DNA of 19,301 nt from an uncultured delta proteobacterium (lineage in GTDB: Bacteria; Desulfobacterota; Syntrophia; Syntrophales; UBA2192), in NCBI GenBank assembly GCA_963705165.1, contig CAVPJD010000019.1:1-19301 (forward strand), written 5' to 3'. Positions 1 to 8,255 of the stretch are shown here, piece after piece; the first letter of the stretch is position 1; each line of letters begins with the position of its first letter. The translations under genes were made by a program, and so were the position numbers. The notes beneath the pieces are model-generated. The model had not been told where the DNA came from. It saw only the letters and a program-made list of their open reading frames with translations, and searched no databases.

Positions 1-1432
1 CGGAGCGGTGACGGTGACCCTCGATAGACCGGCGACGGTCGGTGACGGGATCATCCGGGTCGCTGACGTTGAGCGGGAAAGCCTTGTGGCCCTCCATGAC
101 GAGGCGGCTAGGGCCGGGCGATGCCTGAAGTTCGTCCCTGCTTCGGGCGCCGCCACGCGCATGTTCAAGGAGTGGCACAGTGTGTTCAATCGGGGCGGAT
201 TCGAAAGCCGCGAGGATTTCGAGGCCTTTGCGGCAAACCTTTCCCGGTATGCCTTTTACGGGGACCTGGACGCAGCGCTTTTCGGGGCCGGCCATGACCT
301 GGGGGATCTTGTCGGCCGGGGCCGGGGACTGGAGACCCTCGATTTCATCCTCAACGAAAAGGGACTTCATTACGCCTGGAAGCCCAAGGCGCTCCTGCAA
401 TTCCACCAATACGATGACAGGTCACGGACGGCCCTCGAGGAGCACCTCGTGGAGGCGGCCCTCTACGCGAAAGACGGCAACGGCCTTTGCCGGATCCACT
501 TCACCGTTTCGGAAGAGCACCTGGAACCGGTGAAAGAACTACTGGGCCGGGTCACCGGTCTCTATGAGAAGCGCCTCGGCGTGCACTTCGAGATCGGGCT
601 TTCCATTCAGAGCGAATCGACGGACACGATTGCCGTGGATCTCGAAAACCGTCCCTTCCGGGACCGCGATGGCCGGCTTCTCTTCCGGCCGGGAGGGCAC
701 GGGTCCCTGCTGTACAATCTGGACGGCATCGACGGGGACATTGTATTCATCAAGAACATCGACAATATCGTTCCCGACCGGCTCAAGGACACGACGGTCC
801 TGTACAAGAAAATTCTCGGCGGTTACCTGGTCGGGCTGCAGCGCGAGCTCTTCGGTCACCTGCGGGCGCTGTCGGAGCGCTCAGCGGGGGAAAGCGTAAT
901 CGGCGCGGCTGCCCGCTTTGCCACCGGTCGGCTGAGCTGCGCTCTGCCGCCCGGCTTCGAGGGGCGGCCGCTCGAAGAGCGCAGGCAGGTCCTGATCGGG
1001 CAGCTCAACAGGCCCCTTCGCGTCTGCGGGATGGTGAAAAACGAGGGGGAACCGGGGGGCGGGCCTTTCTGGGTGGCCGGCAAAAACGGCGGCTGCTCCC
1101 TGCAGATCGTTGAGGAAGTCCAGGTGGACAAAAGCCGGGGCAACCAGGCGGCCCTCTGGGCGTCGTCGACTCACTTCAACCCCGTCGATCTCGTCTGCGG
1201 TATCCGCGATTTCAGGGGGCGCAAATTCGATCTCGAGCGGTTCGTCGACGCAGAGCAGGTCTTCATCTCGATGAAATCCCACGAGGGCTGCGACATCAAG
1301 GCGCTCGAGCTCCCCGGGCTCTGGAACGGATCGATGGCCCACTGGCACACCGTCTTTGTCGAGGTCCCCGTCGAGACCTTCAATCCCGTAAAGACCATCG
1401 ACGATCTGCTGCGCCCGGCGCATCAGCCGTGA
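1..1432 (+). CDS. DUF4301 family protein (nucleotidyltransferase-like fold), probably 5'-truncated by the window edge
   Basis: Frame is open to the window edge. Motifs KFVPASGAATRMFK, PKALLQFH, EEHLVEAA, FRPGGHG, IKNIDN, RPLRVCGMVKNEGEPGGGPFW, THFNPVDLVC, LELPGLWNGSM and FNPVKT match my recollection of DUF4301 proteins. Confidence 0.85.
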   Translation, partial: GAVTVTLDRPATVGDGIIRVADVERESLVALHDEAARAGRCLKFVPASGAATRMFKEWHSVFNRGGFESREDFEAFAANLSRYAFYGDLDAALFGAGHDLGDLVGRGRGLETLDFILNEKGLHYAWKPKALLQFHQYDDRSRTALEEHLVEAALYAKDGNGLCRIHFTVSEEHLEPVKELLGRVTGLYEKRLGVHFEIGLSIQSESTDTIAVDLENRPFRDRDGRLLFRPGGHGSLLYNLDGIDGDIVFIKNIDNIVPDRLKDTTVLYKKILGGYLVGLQRELFGHLRALSERSAGESVIGAAARFATGRLSCALPPGFEGRPLEERRQVLIGQLNRPLRVCGMVKNEGEPGGGPFWVAGKNGGCSLQIVEEVQVDKSRGNQAALWASSTHFNPVDLVCGIRDFRGRKFDLERFVDAEQVFISMKSHEGCDIKALELPGLWNGSMAHWHTVFVEVPVETFNPVKTIDDLLRPAHQP

Positions 1433-1436
1433 AGTC

Positions 1437-1556
1437 AAGGGTAAAGGGACAAGGGTAAAGGGTAAAGGGCATGGACAAAAAAAGGATCGAGATTTTTTGT
1501 CTCGATCCCTTTCTTTGTTTTTCCCCGGTACCCTGAACCCTTGACCCTGTACCCTG
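1437..1556. repeat. Inverted pair of heptamer tandem-repeat tracts (AAGGGTA-type x5 and TACCCTG-type x4) flanking a hairpin
   Basis: aagggta-aagggac-aagggta-aagggta-aagggca at 1437-1471 and taccctg-aaccctt-gaccctg-taccctg at 1529-1556. Confidence 0.85.
1475..1521. terminator. Probable bidirectional intrinsic terminator between convergent genes
   Basis: Stem ggatcgaga / tctcgatcc with A-rich 5' flank and T-rich 3' flank, between the stop codons at 1432 and 1560. Confidence 0.65.
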
Positions 1557-1559
1557 TCT

Positions 1560-2561
1560 TCAGATCATCCGTCCCTGCAGCTCCTCCCGATTCACCGGCT
1601 TGACGAGGATAAGACTCGTCTCGCTTCCCTGCCGGCACTTCACGGTCACTTCCTCTGCGTCCTTCGGGGTGTCTCCATAAGCGGCACAGATTGCGGCCGC
1701 CTCCCGGCGCATCTCCTCCGTACCGTCTGCGGGGAGCGCGCAGAGTGGACCCGGGAAGTCTCTCAGCTGGAAAACGGCGTCACGATCCTCGATAAGGGTT
1801 TCCAACGCCTGGTTGTCCCGCTTGTTTCTCCCGACGATGACCTTGTGCCGCTCGTCGAGCCGGATGTGCCGCCCCACCTTCAGGAGCTCCAGGTCCCGCG
1901 GTGTGAAATCGGGGTGGTGGGCGAAGAGGTCCTTGAGGCGCCTCGAGAACATGGGGTCTGTCAGCAGGCATCCCCCTGCGGGGTTGGAATATTCCGTGAT
2001 CCCGTAGCGCTCGGCCATCTCCATCTGCCGCTTCCGGCCCCGGCCCGAGATGTCGAGCAGGCGCGCCCGGTCCACCTTGCCTTCCTTCTCCGGAAGGGTT
2101 TCGGGCAGAAGCCTCGCGGAGAGCGGCCGGAGGATAGAATCGGCCCAGCCCGAGTTCTTCGCCACGACGCGCAGCATCTGGCGGCTCTGCGACATGGGCC
2201 GCTGCCCCAGGACCTCGCCGGTGAAGATGAAATCGTATCCCCTCTCCTCCATGATTTCCCCCGCGATCTTGAGCATGAGGGTGTGACAGTCGATGCAGGG
2301 ATTCATGTTCTTCCCGTAGCCGTAGCGCGGGGCCCTGACGACGGCGAGGTGCACCTCGGTGATGTCGAGGACTTCGAGCGGCAACTCGATCATGCGGGCA
2401 GCCGCTCTCGGTTTTTCGGCCTCGAAGAAGGGGGTGCGGAAGCTGAGCCCCAGCACCTCGATTCCCAGTTCCCGGATCAGTTTGACCGAGACGATGCTGT
2501 CGAGTCCGCCCGAAAAGAGGGAGATGGCTCTGACGGTTTTTTTCGTTTCTGTGATAGACAA
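1560..2561 (-). CDS. ThiI-like PP-loop tRNA sulfurtransferase without THUMP domain, with C-terminal DUF814/NFACT-R-like region
   Basis: PP-loop SLFSGGLDS, NPCIDCH, TGEVLGQRPMSQ, PAGGCLLT and VGRNKRDN motifs. Start reassigned to TTG at 2561 (GAAGGG upstream) because the 2888 start overlaps the LysM gene. Confidence 0.8.
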   Translation of the reverse strand: MSITETKKTVRAISLFSGGLDSIVSVKLIRELGIEVLGLSFRTPFFEAEKPRAAARMIELPLEVLDITEVHLAVVRAPRYGYGKNMNPCIDCHTLMLKIAGEIMEERGYDFIFTGEVLGQRPMSQSRQMLRVVAKNSGWADSILRPLSARLLPETLPEKEGKVDRARLLDISGRGRKRQMEMAERYGITEYSNPAGGCLLTDPMFSRRLKDLFAHHPDFTPRDLELLKVGRHIRLDERHKVIVGRNKRDNQALETLIEDRDAVFQLRDFPGPLCALPADGTEEMRREAAAICAAYGDTPKDAEEVTVKCRQGSETSLILVKPVNREELQGRMI

Positions 2562-2581
2562 TATGTTTTCAACCCTTCGTT

Positions 2582-2621
2582 TTCTGCTCTTCCTAACTTC
2601 CGCTCTTCTTAACTTCCGTGT
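2582..2621. repeat. Octamer tandem repeat (TTCNNNNC, alternating into a 16-mer unit)
   Basis: ttctgctc-ttcctaac-ttccgctc-ttcttaac-ttccgtgt in the intergenic gap. Confidence 0.7.
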
Positions 2622-2631
2622 TTTGAATGTC

Positions 2632-4275
2632 TCAGTAGCGGACGAGCTGGCGGTTCCAGCGCTCGCGGATGAATGCGCAGAGATCCCGGTCCGCATCGGA
2701 GGGGACGAGATAGAGCGTGCCCTTTTCCGATGTGACCCGGATGACCTCAAGCGACAGGGTCCATCGGGACGGGCTGCCGTCTTCGGGCGGCCTGAATTCG
2801 GCGGTTTCCGGCACGTAGGGGATGTCGAGCCCTTTGAGGACCTTCTCCAGAACCGCCCTTCGTTCGTCGTCGCCGGCGATCTGCACAAGGCCCATGCCTT
2901 TTTCCTTCAGCTTGACCTGGAAGGGCGCCGGCAGGTCCCCGAAGTGGATGACAACCGTCCGGGCACCGATTCTCACGGAATAGTCCGTTCGGATCGCAAG
3001 CGGGGAGCCGTCTTGCGCGGCATCAGAAACAGGGATCCGCTGGTCTTTCGTGTACGTGTACCCCAGTGTATCCAGCAGCGAACCGACAAGGGCCCGGTTG
3101 CCGCCGGCATCAAGGGCGGGAATGTCGGGGGCGGCCTGGGGCGTCTGCCTGACGCGAAGGCTGTCGATTTCCTCGTCGATCTCGAGGACGGCATATCCTT
3201 TTTTCTCGGCAAACCGGGTGACGGGCTCCGGGATCGGCGGGGATCGACCGGATGTTCTGCAGACGCCGTAGAGGTAGTTTTCCTGCCCGTCGGGTCCCTT
3301 GCGGGAAAGGATCCAGTCCACCTGCAGTTTCAGCGTCGGCGCCGTCCCGATGGTGAGAGCCCCTTCGTGTCTGCGGAAGGTGTAGTCCCGCGAGGCCCCG
3401 AAGATGCCCGCAAGCGCGGAAATAACGCCTTCGCTCCCCCCATCGGTTAGTACCGTATAGTTCCCCCAGCGCGACCGCAGCAGGCTTGCCGTATCGGCGG
3501 GAATCCGGCGTCCGAAGTCCAGGAAGATCCGGCTGCCGTCCGTGAGTTCGACCATGGGGATGTCGTTACAGTCGACGGCCAGGTGCTCCTCTTCGGTGAG
3601 CGGGATGAAGACCTTCCCTTCGCGGACGAGCGCCCCACCGGACTGCCTGACGAGAGCCGCGATAATGTCAAGATCACGCTCGGTGGGCCGGAACATGCGG
3701 GCGTCCATCTGCGGCGCATCGGTCTGCGCCGGGCTGGCGGCCTGCTCGACGGGCCCGGAAGCCGGTTGGCCCCTGTCCGGCAGGATCAGCGCCTGGCCGG
3801 GATAAATCCGGTTTGCGTTGACGAGGCCCGGGTTTAGCTCTTTCGTGAGCCCGATCCATCTGGCCATCTCTGCCGCGGGGACGCCCAGTCTTTCATGGAG
3901 GATGGCCGAAAGAGAGTCGCCCTTCCTGACGACATAACCCGTTTTCCCGGGCTCGGAGGCAAGCCGGGGCAGGGCGATCTTCTGCCCCGGGTAGATCCGG
4001 TTGACATCCCGGATCTGCGGGTTGAGCTTCCTCACGAGGCGGGAGACCGAGGCGGACTCGGAGGCCGGCTTTCCCAGCTTGCGACGGATGATCGTCGAAA
4101 GATTGTCCCCCTTCTGCACGATGTAGACGGAGGGCCTGTCTTTCGCCGTAACCTTTTTTCGCAAGACGAGGTGAGCCGTATCCTCCTGGGCCTGTGCTGC
4201 TGCAATCAGGCAAAGAGAGGCGAGTCCGACAACGAAGACGGCGATAAAAACGACACTCAACGTCCGTGACTGCAT
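2632..4275 (-). CDS. Exported LysM peptidoglycan-binding domain protein (2 LysM domains plus an uncharacterised C-terminal region)
   Basis: Signal peptide ending AQA. Two LysM repeats: YIVQKGDNLSTI...LNPQIRDVNRIYPGQKIALP and YVVRKGDSLSAI...LNPGLVNANRIYPGQALILP. GGAGG RBS upstream. Confidence 0.85.
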   Translation of the reverse strand: MQSRTLSVVFIAVFVVGLASLCLIAAAQAQEDTAHLVLRKKVTAKDRPSVYIVQKGDNLSTIIRRKLGKPASESASVSRLVRKLNPQIRDVNRIYPGQKIALPRLASEPGKTGYVVRKGDSLSAILHERLGVPAAEMARWIGLTKELNPGLVNANRIYPGQALILPDRGQPASGPVEQAASPAQTDAPQMDARMFRPTERDLDIIAALVRQSGGALVREGKVFIPLTEEEHLAVDCNDIPMVELTDGSRIFLDFGRRIPADTASLLRSRWGNYTVLTDGGSEGVISALAGIFGASRDYTFRRHEGALTIGTAPTLKLQVDWILSRKGPDGQENYLYGVCRTSGRSPPIPEPVTRFAEKKGYAVLEIDEEIDSLRVRQTPQAAPDIPALDAGGNRALVGSLLDTLGYTYTKDQRIPVSDAAQDGSPLAIRTDYSVRIGARTVVIHFGDLPAPFQVKLKEKGMGLVQIAGDDERRAVLEKVLKGLDIPYVPETAEFRPPEDGSPSRWTLSLEVIRVTSEKGTLYLVPSDADRDLCAFIRERWNRQLVRY

Positions 4276-4313
4276 GGTACGGGTTCCTCCCTGAGCGCGC
4301 TCAAGTGTGCCGT

Positions 4314-4342
4314 ATACTACTTGAGGGAGGCATGATTGTCAA
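4314..4342 (-). promoter_or_regulatory. Sigma70-type promoter for the LysM gene
   Basis: Minus strand reads TTGACA-17 nt-TAGTAT, about 40 nt upstream of the ATG at 4275. Confidence 0.65.
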
Positions 4343-4353
4343 ACCGGGGAAGG

Positions 4354-4389
4354 AAAAAAAGAGCCGTGGCTCTTTACGAGCCACGGCTC
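4354..4389 (-). terminator. Intrinsic terminator of the acyl-CoA dehydrogenase gene
   Basis: Perfect 12-bp stem gagccgtggctc / gagccacggctc followed by 7 U on the minus strand. Confidence 0.85.
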
Positions 4390-4416
4390 CTGTGGATTGC
4401 GCTGTGCGCTGGAGAA

Positions 4417-5607
4417 TTACAGACCGCTCTTGAAGTTGTCCCTCATCAGCTCGCGGGCGATGATCATCCGGCGGATTTCGGAAGTGCCGGCGCCGATTTC
4501 CCACAGCTTCTGATCCAGGAAGTGCCGGGTCACACCGTACTCGGTGCAGTAGCCGTAACCGCCGTGGATCTGGACGGCATCCAGACCAATCTTGGTTCCC
4601 ATCTCGCCGCAGTACAGCAGGGAGGCCGCGGCCATACGGTCGAGGTCCGTTCCCTTGCCGCCGGACTTGTTCTTCAGCGTGTCGCAATAGGCGGCGGCGC
4701 TGTAAGCCATCCAGCGGGAGGCCTTGTAGCCGCAGTACATGTTGGCGAGCTTCTCCTGGATCGACTGGAAGGCGGCGATGGGCTTGCCGAACTGGACTCT
4801 CTCCTGGGAGTACTTCAGGGAGAGCTCGAGGCAGCTTCTCATCGACCCGAGGGTGCAGCCGGACAGCGTGATGCGCTCGGTGCAGAGGCCGGAGGTCAGA
4901 ACGGCCACGCCCTTGTTCAGGCCGCCGATGAGGTACTCATCGGGAAGCTCCATGTCTTCGAAGGTCACGAGACCCGTGGGGGAGGTTCTCATGCCCCACT
5001 TCTTGATCTTCTCGCAGGACCAGCCCTTCTGCGTCTTGGGGTAGCACATGAAGGTGGAGATGCCGTGGGGGCCCTTCTCGGGGTCCGTCTTGGCGTAGAA
5101 CAGCATGATGTCGGCCAGGGGGCCGTTGGTGATGAAGATCTTGCTGCCGTTGATGATCCACTTGTCGCCCTTCTTGACGGCCTTCGTCGCCATGCTCATG
5201 GCGTCGGAGCCTGCGTTGGGCTCGGTGATGCCGAGGCATCCGATGTACTCGCCCGTGCAGGACTTCGGCAGGACATCCAGCTTCTGCGCTTCCGTCGCAT
5301 TGCGGCGGAAGTTGTCGAAGCACAGCGTCTGGCTGGCGCCGACGGTCATGGAGAGAGCATTGCTCACGCGGGCGATCGTCTCATAGGCCAGCAGGGTTTC
5401 AATGTAGCCCATGGCGGTTCCGCCGTACTTCTCCTCGAACACGATACCGTTGATGCCCAGATCGCCTGTCTGCTTGAAAAGACCCTCGGGCATCACATCC
5501 AACTCGTACGCATGCTCCATCTGGGGCTCGAGCCACGCAAGCGCCCACTTGTAAACGCTGTCCTCGAGCATCTTCTGTTCATCGGTGAAATTGAAATTTA
5601 ACGCCAT
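4417..5607 (-). CDS. Acyl-CoA dehydrogenase (isovaleryl/short-chain-like)
   Basis: EEKYGG, GITEPNAGSDA, INGSKIFITNG, KWGMRTSPT, RVQFGKPIAAFQSIQ, QIHGGYGY and IGAGTSEI motifs. GGAGG RBS before ATG 5607. Confidence 0.93.
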   Translation of the reverse strand: MALNFNFTDEQKMLEDSVYKWALAWLEPQMEHAYELDVMPEGLFKQTGDLGINGIVFEEKYGGTAMGYIETLLAYETIARVSNALSMTVGASQTLCFDNFRRNATEAQKLDVLPKSCTGEYIGCLGITEPNAGSDAMSMATKAVKKGDKWIINGSKIFITNGPLADIMLFYAKTDPEKGPHGISTFMCYPKTQKGWSCEKIKKWGMRTSPTGLVTFEDMELPDEYLIGGLNKGVAVLTSGLCTERITLSGCTLGSMRSCLELSLKYSQERVQFGKPIAAFQSIQEKLANMYCGYKASRWMAYSAAAYCDTLKNKSGGKGTDLDRMAAASLLYCGEMGTKIGLDAVQIHGGYGYCTEYGVTRHFLDQKLWEIGAGTSEIRRMIIARELMRDNFKSGL

Positions 5608-5805
5608 AACCAACTACCTCCCTTTCTAAAATTTGGCCCCAAAGCGCGAATGACGGACTTTCCTGTGCAAGCGCATAGCGTGAGTCTCATGAATCAACTC
5701 GCCCGGGGTGATCCTCTCTCTGTCTCAGGCGTGGCAAAAGAACGGCGGGGAAGAAGGCTTGCGGGCCGATTTTCAGGTCCCAAGCGCCTTTAATAAAACG
5801 CGTGA

Positions 5806-5834
5806 GATATACATAAATGCCGCCGTTCTGTCAA
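5806..5834 (-). promoter_or_regulatory. Possible sigma70 promoter for the acyl-CoA dehydrogenase gene
   Basis: Minus strand TTGACA-17 nt-TATATC. Perfect -35, imperfect -10. Confidence 0.45.
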
Positions 5835-6014
5835 GGTTAAAAACGTATTTTCGGGCAAAGGCCGGGGTTTTCTGCCGCTGCATCCGATGGCGCAGCGCAA
5901 TGCCGCACGCTCAGGGCGCTTCCGGCCCGCATAGGATTTCCTCCTTTCGGTCGGAGCCCCGACCTGCGGCGGCCGGCCACGAGGACAGGCGAATATCGCC
6001 CGCCAAAACTAAAT

Positions 6015-6049
6015 GTGCGAAAATAGCACTCAATGTTCATTTATCGCAC
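6015..6049. promoter_or_regulatory. Paired putative enhancer (UAS) boxes, GTGC-N7-GCAC type, for sigma54 promoter 1
   Basis: GTGCGAAAATAGCAC (6015-6029) and GTTCATTTATCGCAC (6035-6049), 20 bp centre to centre. The same motif and spacing recur at 17323-17357. Confidence 0.65.
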
Positions 6050-6251
6050 ATACTGTGAGAGTCTTCCTGCAATGCGTTGACAAGAAACGTACACTGATCG
6101 TTCAATAATCGAACATCTTGTGAGGTGCCGCGCCCGGCCGGGGTAAGGAAGTTGCCTTTTGCTGAAAGGTAGCATGTCTGTAAGTATCTGAAAATGATAT
6201 ATTATTAACCAATAAATGAACTCTCGCTTTTTTATGAAATGAAGCACGACA

Positions 6252-6267
6252 TGGCATCCTTATTGCT
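6252..6267 (+). promoter_or_regulatory. Sigma54 (-24/-12) promoter 1
   Basis: TGGCATCCTTATTGCT with exact GG-N10-GC spacing, preceded by an AT-rich tract. Predicted +1 near 6278. Confidence 0.8.
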
Positions 6268-6277
6268 CAATATTGAT

Positions 6278-6406
6278 TCAACTGAGACGTCCCGGGAAAT
6301 ACCCAAGACCCTGACAGACCCCAATATTTCCCGGCGCTCATTTGAAAGAGGTTGATCGGTGGATGGTTTTGGTCCCTCCTTTCCATCCACCGATACCTTT
6401 TTCAAA
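6278..6406 (+). ncRNA. Putative sigma54-dependent sRNA 1 with anti-SD hairpin loop
   Basis: Hairpin 6283-6340 (ccgggaaata/tatttcccgg core). Hairpin 6341-6406 with inner stem atcggtggatgg/ccatccaccgat and loop ttttggtccctccttt. Homologous hairpin at 17651-17690. 3' end uncertain (about 6402-6406, or the terminator at 6681). Confidence 0.65.
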
Positions 6407-6441
6407 CAGGAAGTTCGATCATGTCAGCGCTGCAATGATAC

Positions 6442-6564
6442 ATGGACAAACGGATCAAGCGCTGCCTCACCAACCCGGCAATCCTCGTCCTCGCGCTGAT
6501 CTACCTCTCTTCCGCAAAACCCTCGAAGGCCGTTTTGGCCTCCTGGGCGACAAAGGCCCTTTAA
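6442..6564 (+). CDS. Possible 40-aa small membrane or secreted peptide
   Basis: MDKRIKRCLTNPAILVLALIYLSSAKPSKAVLASWATKAL: basic N-terminus, hydrophobic core, many C/G-ending codons. No clear RBS immediately upstream. Confidence 0.35.
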   Translation: MDKRIKRCLTNPAILVLALIYLSSAKPSKAVLASWATKAL

Positions 6565-6647
6565 TCCATTTCCGCGCATCCCTGAAACCATGAAAAAGCA
6601 GGGAATCGATCGTGTTGATCGTTCTGTACGGAAACGTTTGAAAGATT

Positions 6648-6681
6648 AAAAAAGCCGGCCCCTGACGGAGCCGGCTTTTTT
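6648..6681. terminator. Bidirectional intrinsic terminator
   Basis: aaaaaagccggc ... gccggctttttt, just downstream of the atoE stop. Confidence 0.85.
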
Positions 6682-6708
6682 ATGCCATGCGCTGAATGGA
6701 AGCTTAGA

Positions 6709-8064
6709 TTACATGACCCCATAGCCCATGAGCAGAGCGATGACCGACAGGATCACGCCGCTCCACAGAAGGGTCATCGTTGTGTAGCCCATGACGGCCC
6801 TGGCCGAGAGCCCCGCAAGACCGAGCAGCGGAAGCGCCCAGAAGGGCTGGATCATGTTCGTCCACTGGTCTCCCCAGGCCACCATCATGGCGGACCTGGT
6901 CATGTCGATCCCCAGGGTCTTGGCCGCCTCGATGGTGATCGGGCCCTGGACGAGCCACTGACCGCCGCCGGAGGGGACGAACATGTTGATCAGCCCGCCC
7001 GCCCAGAACTGGAGCATGTAGAACGTAACCGGCGTTGAGATGGCCACGAACCAGGTGGCGATGACCTTCCCGAGCCCCGTCCCGATCATGATCCCCTGGA
7101 TGCCGCCATAGAGGGGGAATTGCAGGGCGATGCCGCCGGCCCCTCTGATGGCGGTGTTGACGGCCTTGATGTAGTTCACGGGCTTTCCGTGGAGAAGGAC
7201 GCCAACGATGAAGAACAGGAAGATGACGACGTTGAGGTTGAGGTCCATGCCCTTTGTCATGAAGTGGTTCACCAGGTAGGCAAGCCCCATGAGGCCGAAG
7301 ACGATGTTGATCGCGTAGCTGTGGTCGATCCTCTCGGCCAGGGTGGGGTTGGCCGGCATTTCCACGTGGATGGTCTCGTCGGCCATCTCCTTGAGTTTGG
7401 CCTCGCTGATTTCCTGGACCTCTTCCGGCTTCGGATGGATCATTGCGTACAGGACGGGCAGTGTGAAGATGATCAGCAGCGCCGCAATGAGGTTGTAGCT
7501 AGCAAAAATCGTATCGGCGACGGGAACCGGCGAGCCGGTGATTTTTTCAATGAAGTTTTGAGCGTGCTTCGATGTGGCGCAGACCAGGGGGATCGAACCC
7601 GAGAGACCCTGGTGCCAGACCACGAATCCGCTGTAGGCCGCCGCGATGAGGTAGGGATAATCCACCTTCTTCGTGCGTTTGGCCACCTCGAGGGCCAGCA
7701 GGCCTCCGACGATCAGGCCGAAGCCCCAGTTGAGCCACGAGCCCACACCCGCCACGAAGGAAACGATCATCCCGGCCTTGATGGGCGTGTCGCCCTTGCC
7801 GGCGATCCAGACCAGCGCCCTCTTGACCGCAGGGGTGAGGGCAAGGCAGTGACCCGTCACGAGGATCAGGATCATCTGCATGGCGAAGGCCACGATCCCG
7901 TAGACGCCGTCTCCCCAGGCCTTGATCATCTTCATGACGTCCGTCGGCGTGAAGATCAGGGCGAGGATCGCCGAGAGGAACGTCAGCAGAATGGCGAAGA
8001 GGTAGGCATCGGGGAGGTAGTGCCTCATGAAATACGTGAAAAACGATGCAATCCGCCTGAGCAT
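6709..8064 (-). CDS. atoE: Short-chain fatty acid transporter (AtoE family)
   Basis: Polytopic membrane protein with LPDAYLFAILLT, FAMQMILILVTG, NWGFGLI, WHQGLSGSIPL, QFPLYGGI, FVPSGGGQW and WGDQWTNMIQPFWALP motifs. Strong AAAGGAGG RBS before ATG 8064. Confidence 0.92.
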   Translation of the reverse strand: MLRRIASFFTYFMRHYLPDAYLFAILLTFLSAILALIFTPTDVMKMIKAWGDGVYGIVAFAMQMILILVTGHCLALTPAVKRALVWIAGKGDTPIKAGMIVSFVAGVGSWLNWGFGLIVGGLLALEVAKRTKKVDYPYLIAAAYSGFVVWHQGLSGSIPLVCATSKHAQNFIEKITGSPVPVADTIFASYNLIAALLIIFTLPVLYAMIHPKPEEVQEISEAKLKEMADETIHVEMPANPTLAERIDHSYAINIVFGLMGLAYLVNHFMTKGMDLNLNVVIFLFFIVGVLLHGKPVNYIKAVNTAIRGAGGIALQFPLYGGIQGIMIGTGLGKVIATWFVAISTPVTFYMLQFWAGGLINMFVPSGGGQWLVQGPITIEAAKTLGIDMTRSAMMVAWGDQWTNMIQPFWALPLLGLAGLSARAVMGYTTMTLLWSGVILSVIALLMGYGVM

Positions 8065-8233
8065 AATAAAACCTCCTTTCCACAAATCCTGTGAGGCCCT
8101 GCACCCCGGCCGCAGCCGGGCAGGGCGATATGCAATAAGGGTATAAGGAAACAATAACGGAATATATGCGTCAGGAGGTGCTGCCGGTAAGGATGCAAGC
8201 CCCTCCTTGTACACCCTGGGCAGATACGGTTGG

Positions 8234-8255
8234 GCATCCGGAGATCTCCGGATGC
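8234..8255. promoter_or_regulatory. Perfect 22-bp palindrome upstream of atoE (candidate operator)
   Basis: gcatccggaga|tctccggatgc. Confidence 0.4.

Noticed and set aside
1437..1556. CRISPR array
   Set aside because: Units are 7 nt and tandem with no unique spacers, and no cas genes are present in the window.
2562..2888. N-terminal extension of the ThiI-like ORF
   Set aside because: It overlaps the LysM gene and crosses a repeat tract. The family motifs begin just after TTG 2561.
4336..5601. 421-aa plus-strand ORF, and similar long ORFs at 2359-3450, 7120-8094, 9050-10114, 12738-13790 and 17819-18922
   Set aside because: Antisense shadows of well-supported genes, expected in GC-rich DNA with strong codon bias. 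They have no recognisable motifs.
6355..6394. Reading the conserved hairpin on the minus strand as a sequestered RBS (AAAGGAGGG)
   Set aside because: No start codon follows at a usable distance in either copy, and the sigma54 promoters and the terminator point to the plus strand.
6342..6593. 83-aa ORF over the sRNA 1 hairpin and 65-aa ORF at 17644-17841, both translating to W.LVP.F
   Set aside because: The peptide similarity is a by-product of the shared RNA hairpin, with different TTG starts, no RBS, and the second ORF running through a terminator.
8124..8150. Sigma54 promoter for atoE (minus strand CCCTTATTGCA)
   Set aside because: The -12 element matches but the essential GG at -24 is absent (TTATACCCTTATTGCA).
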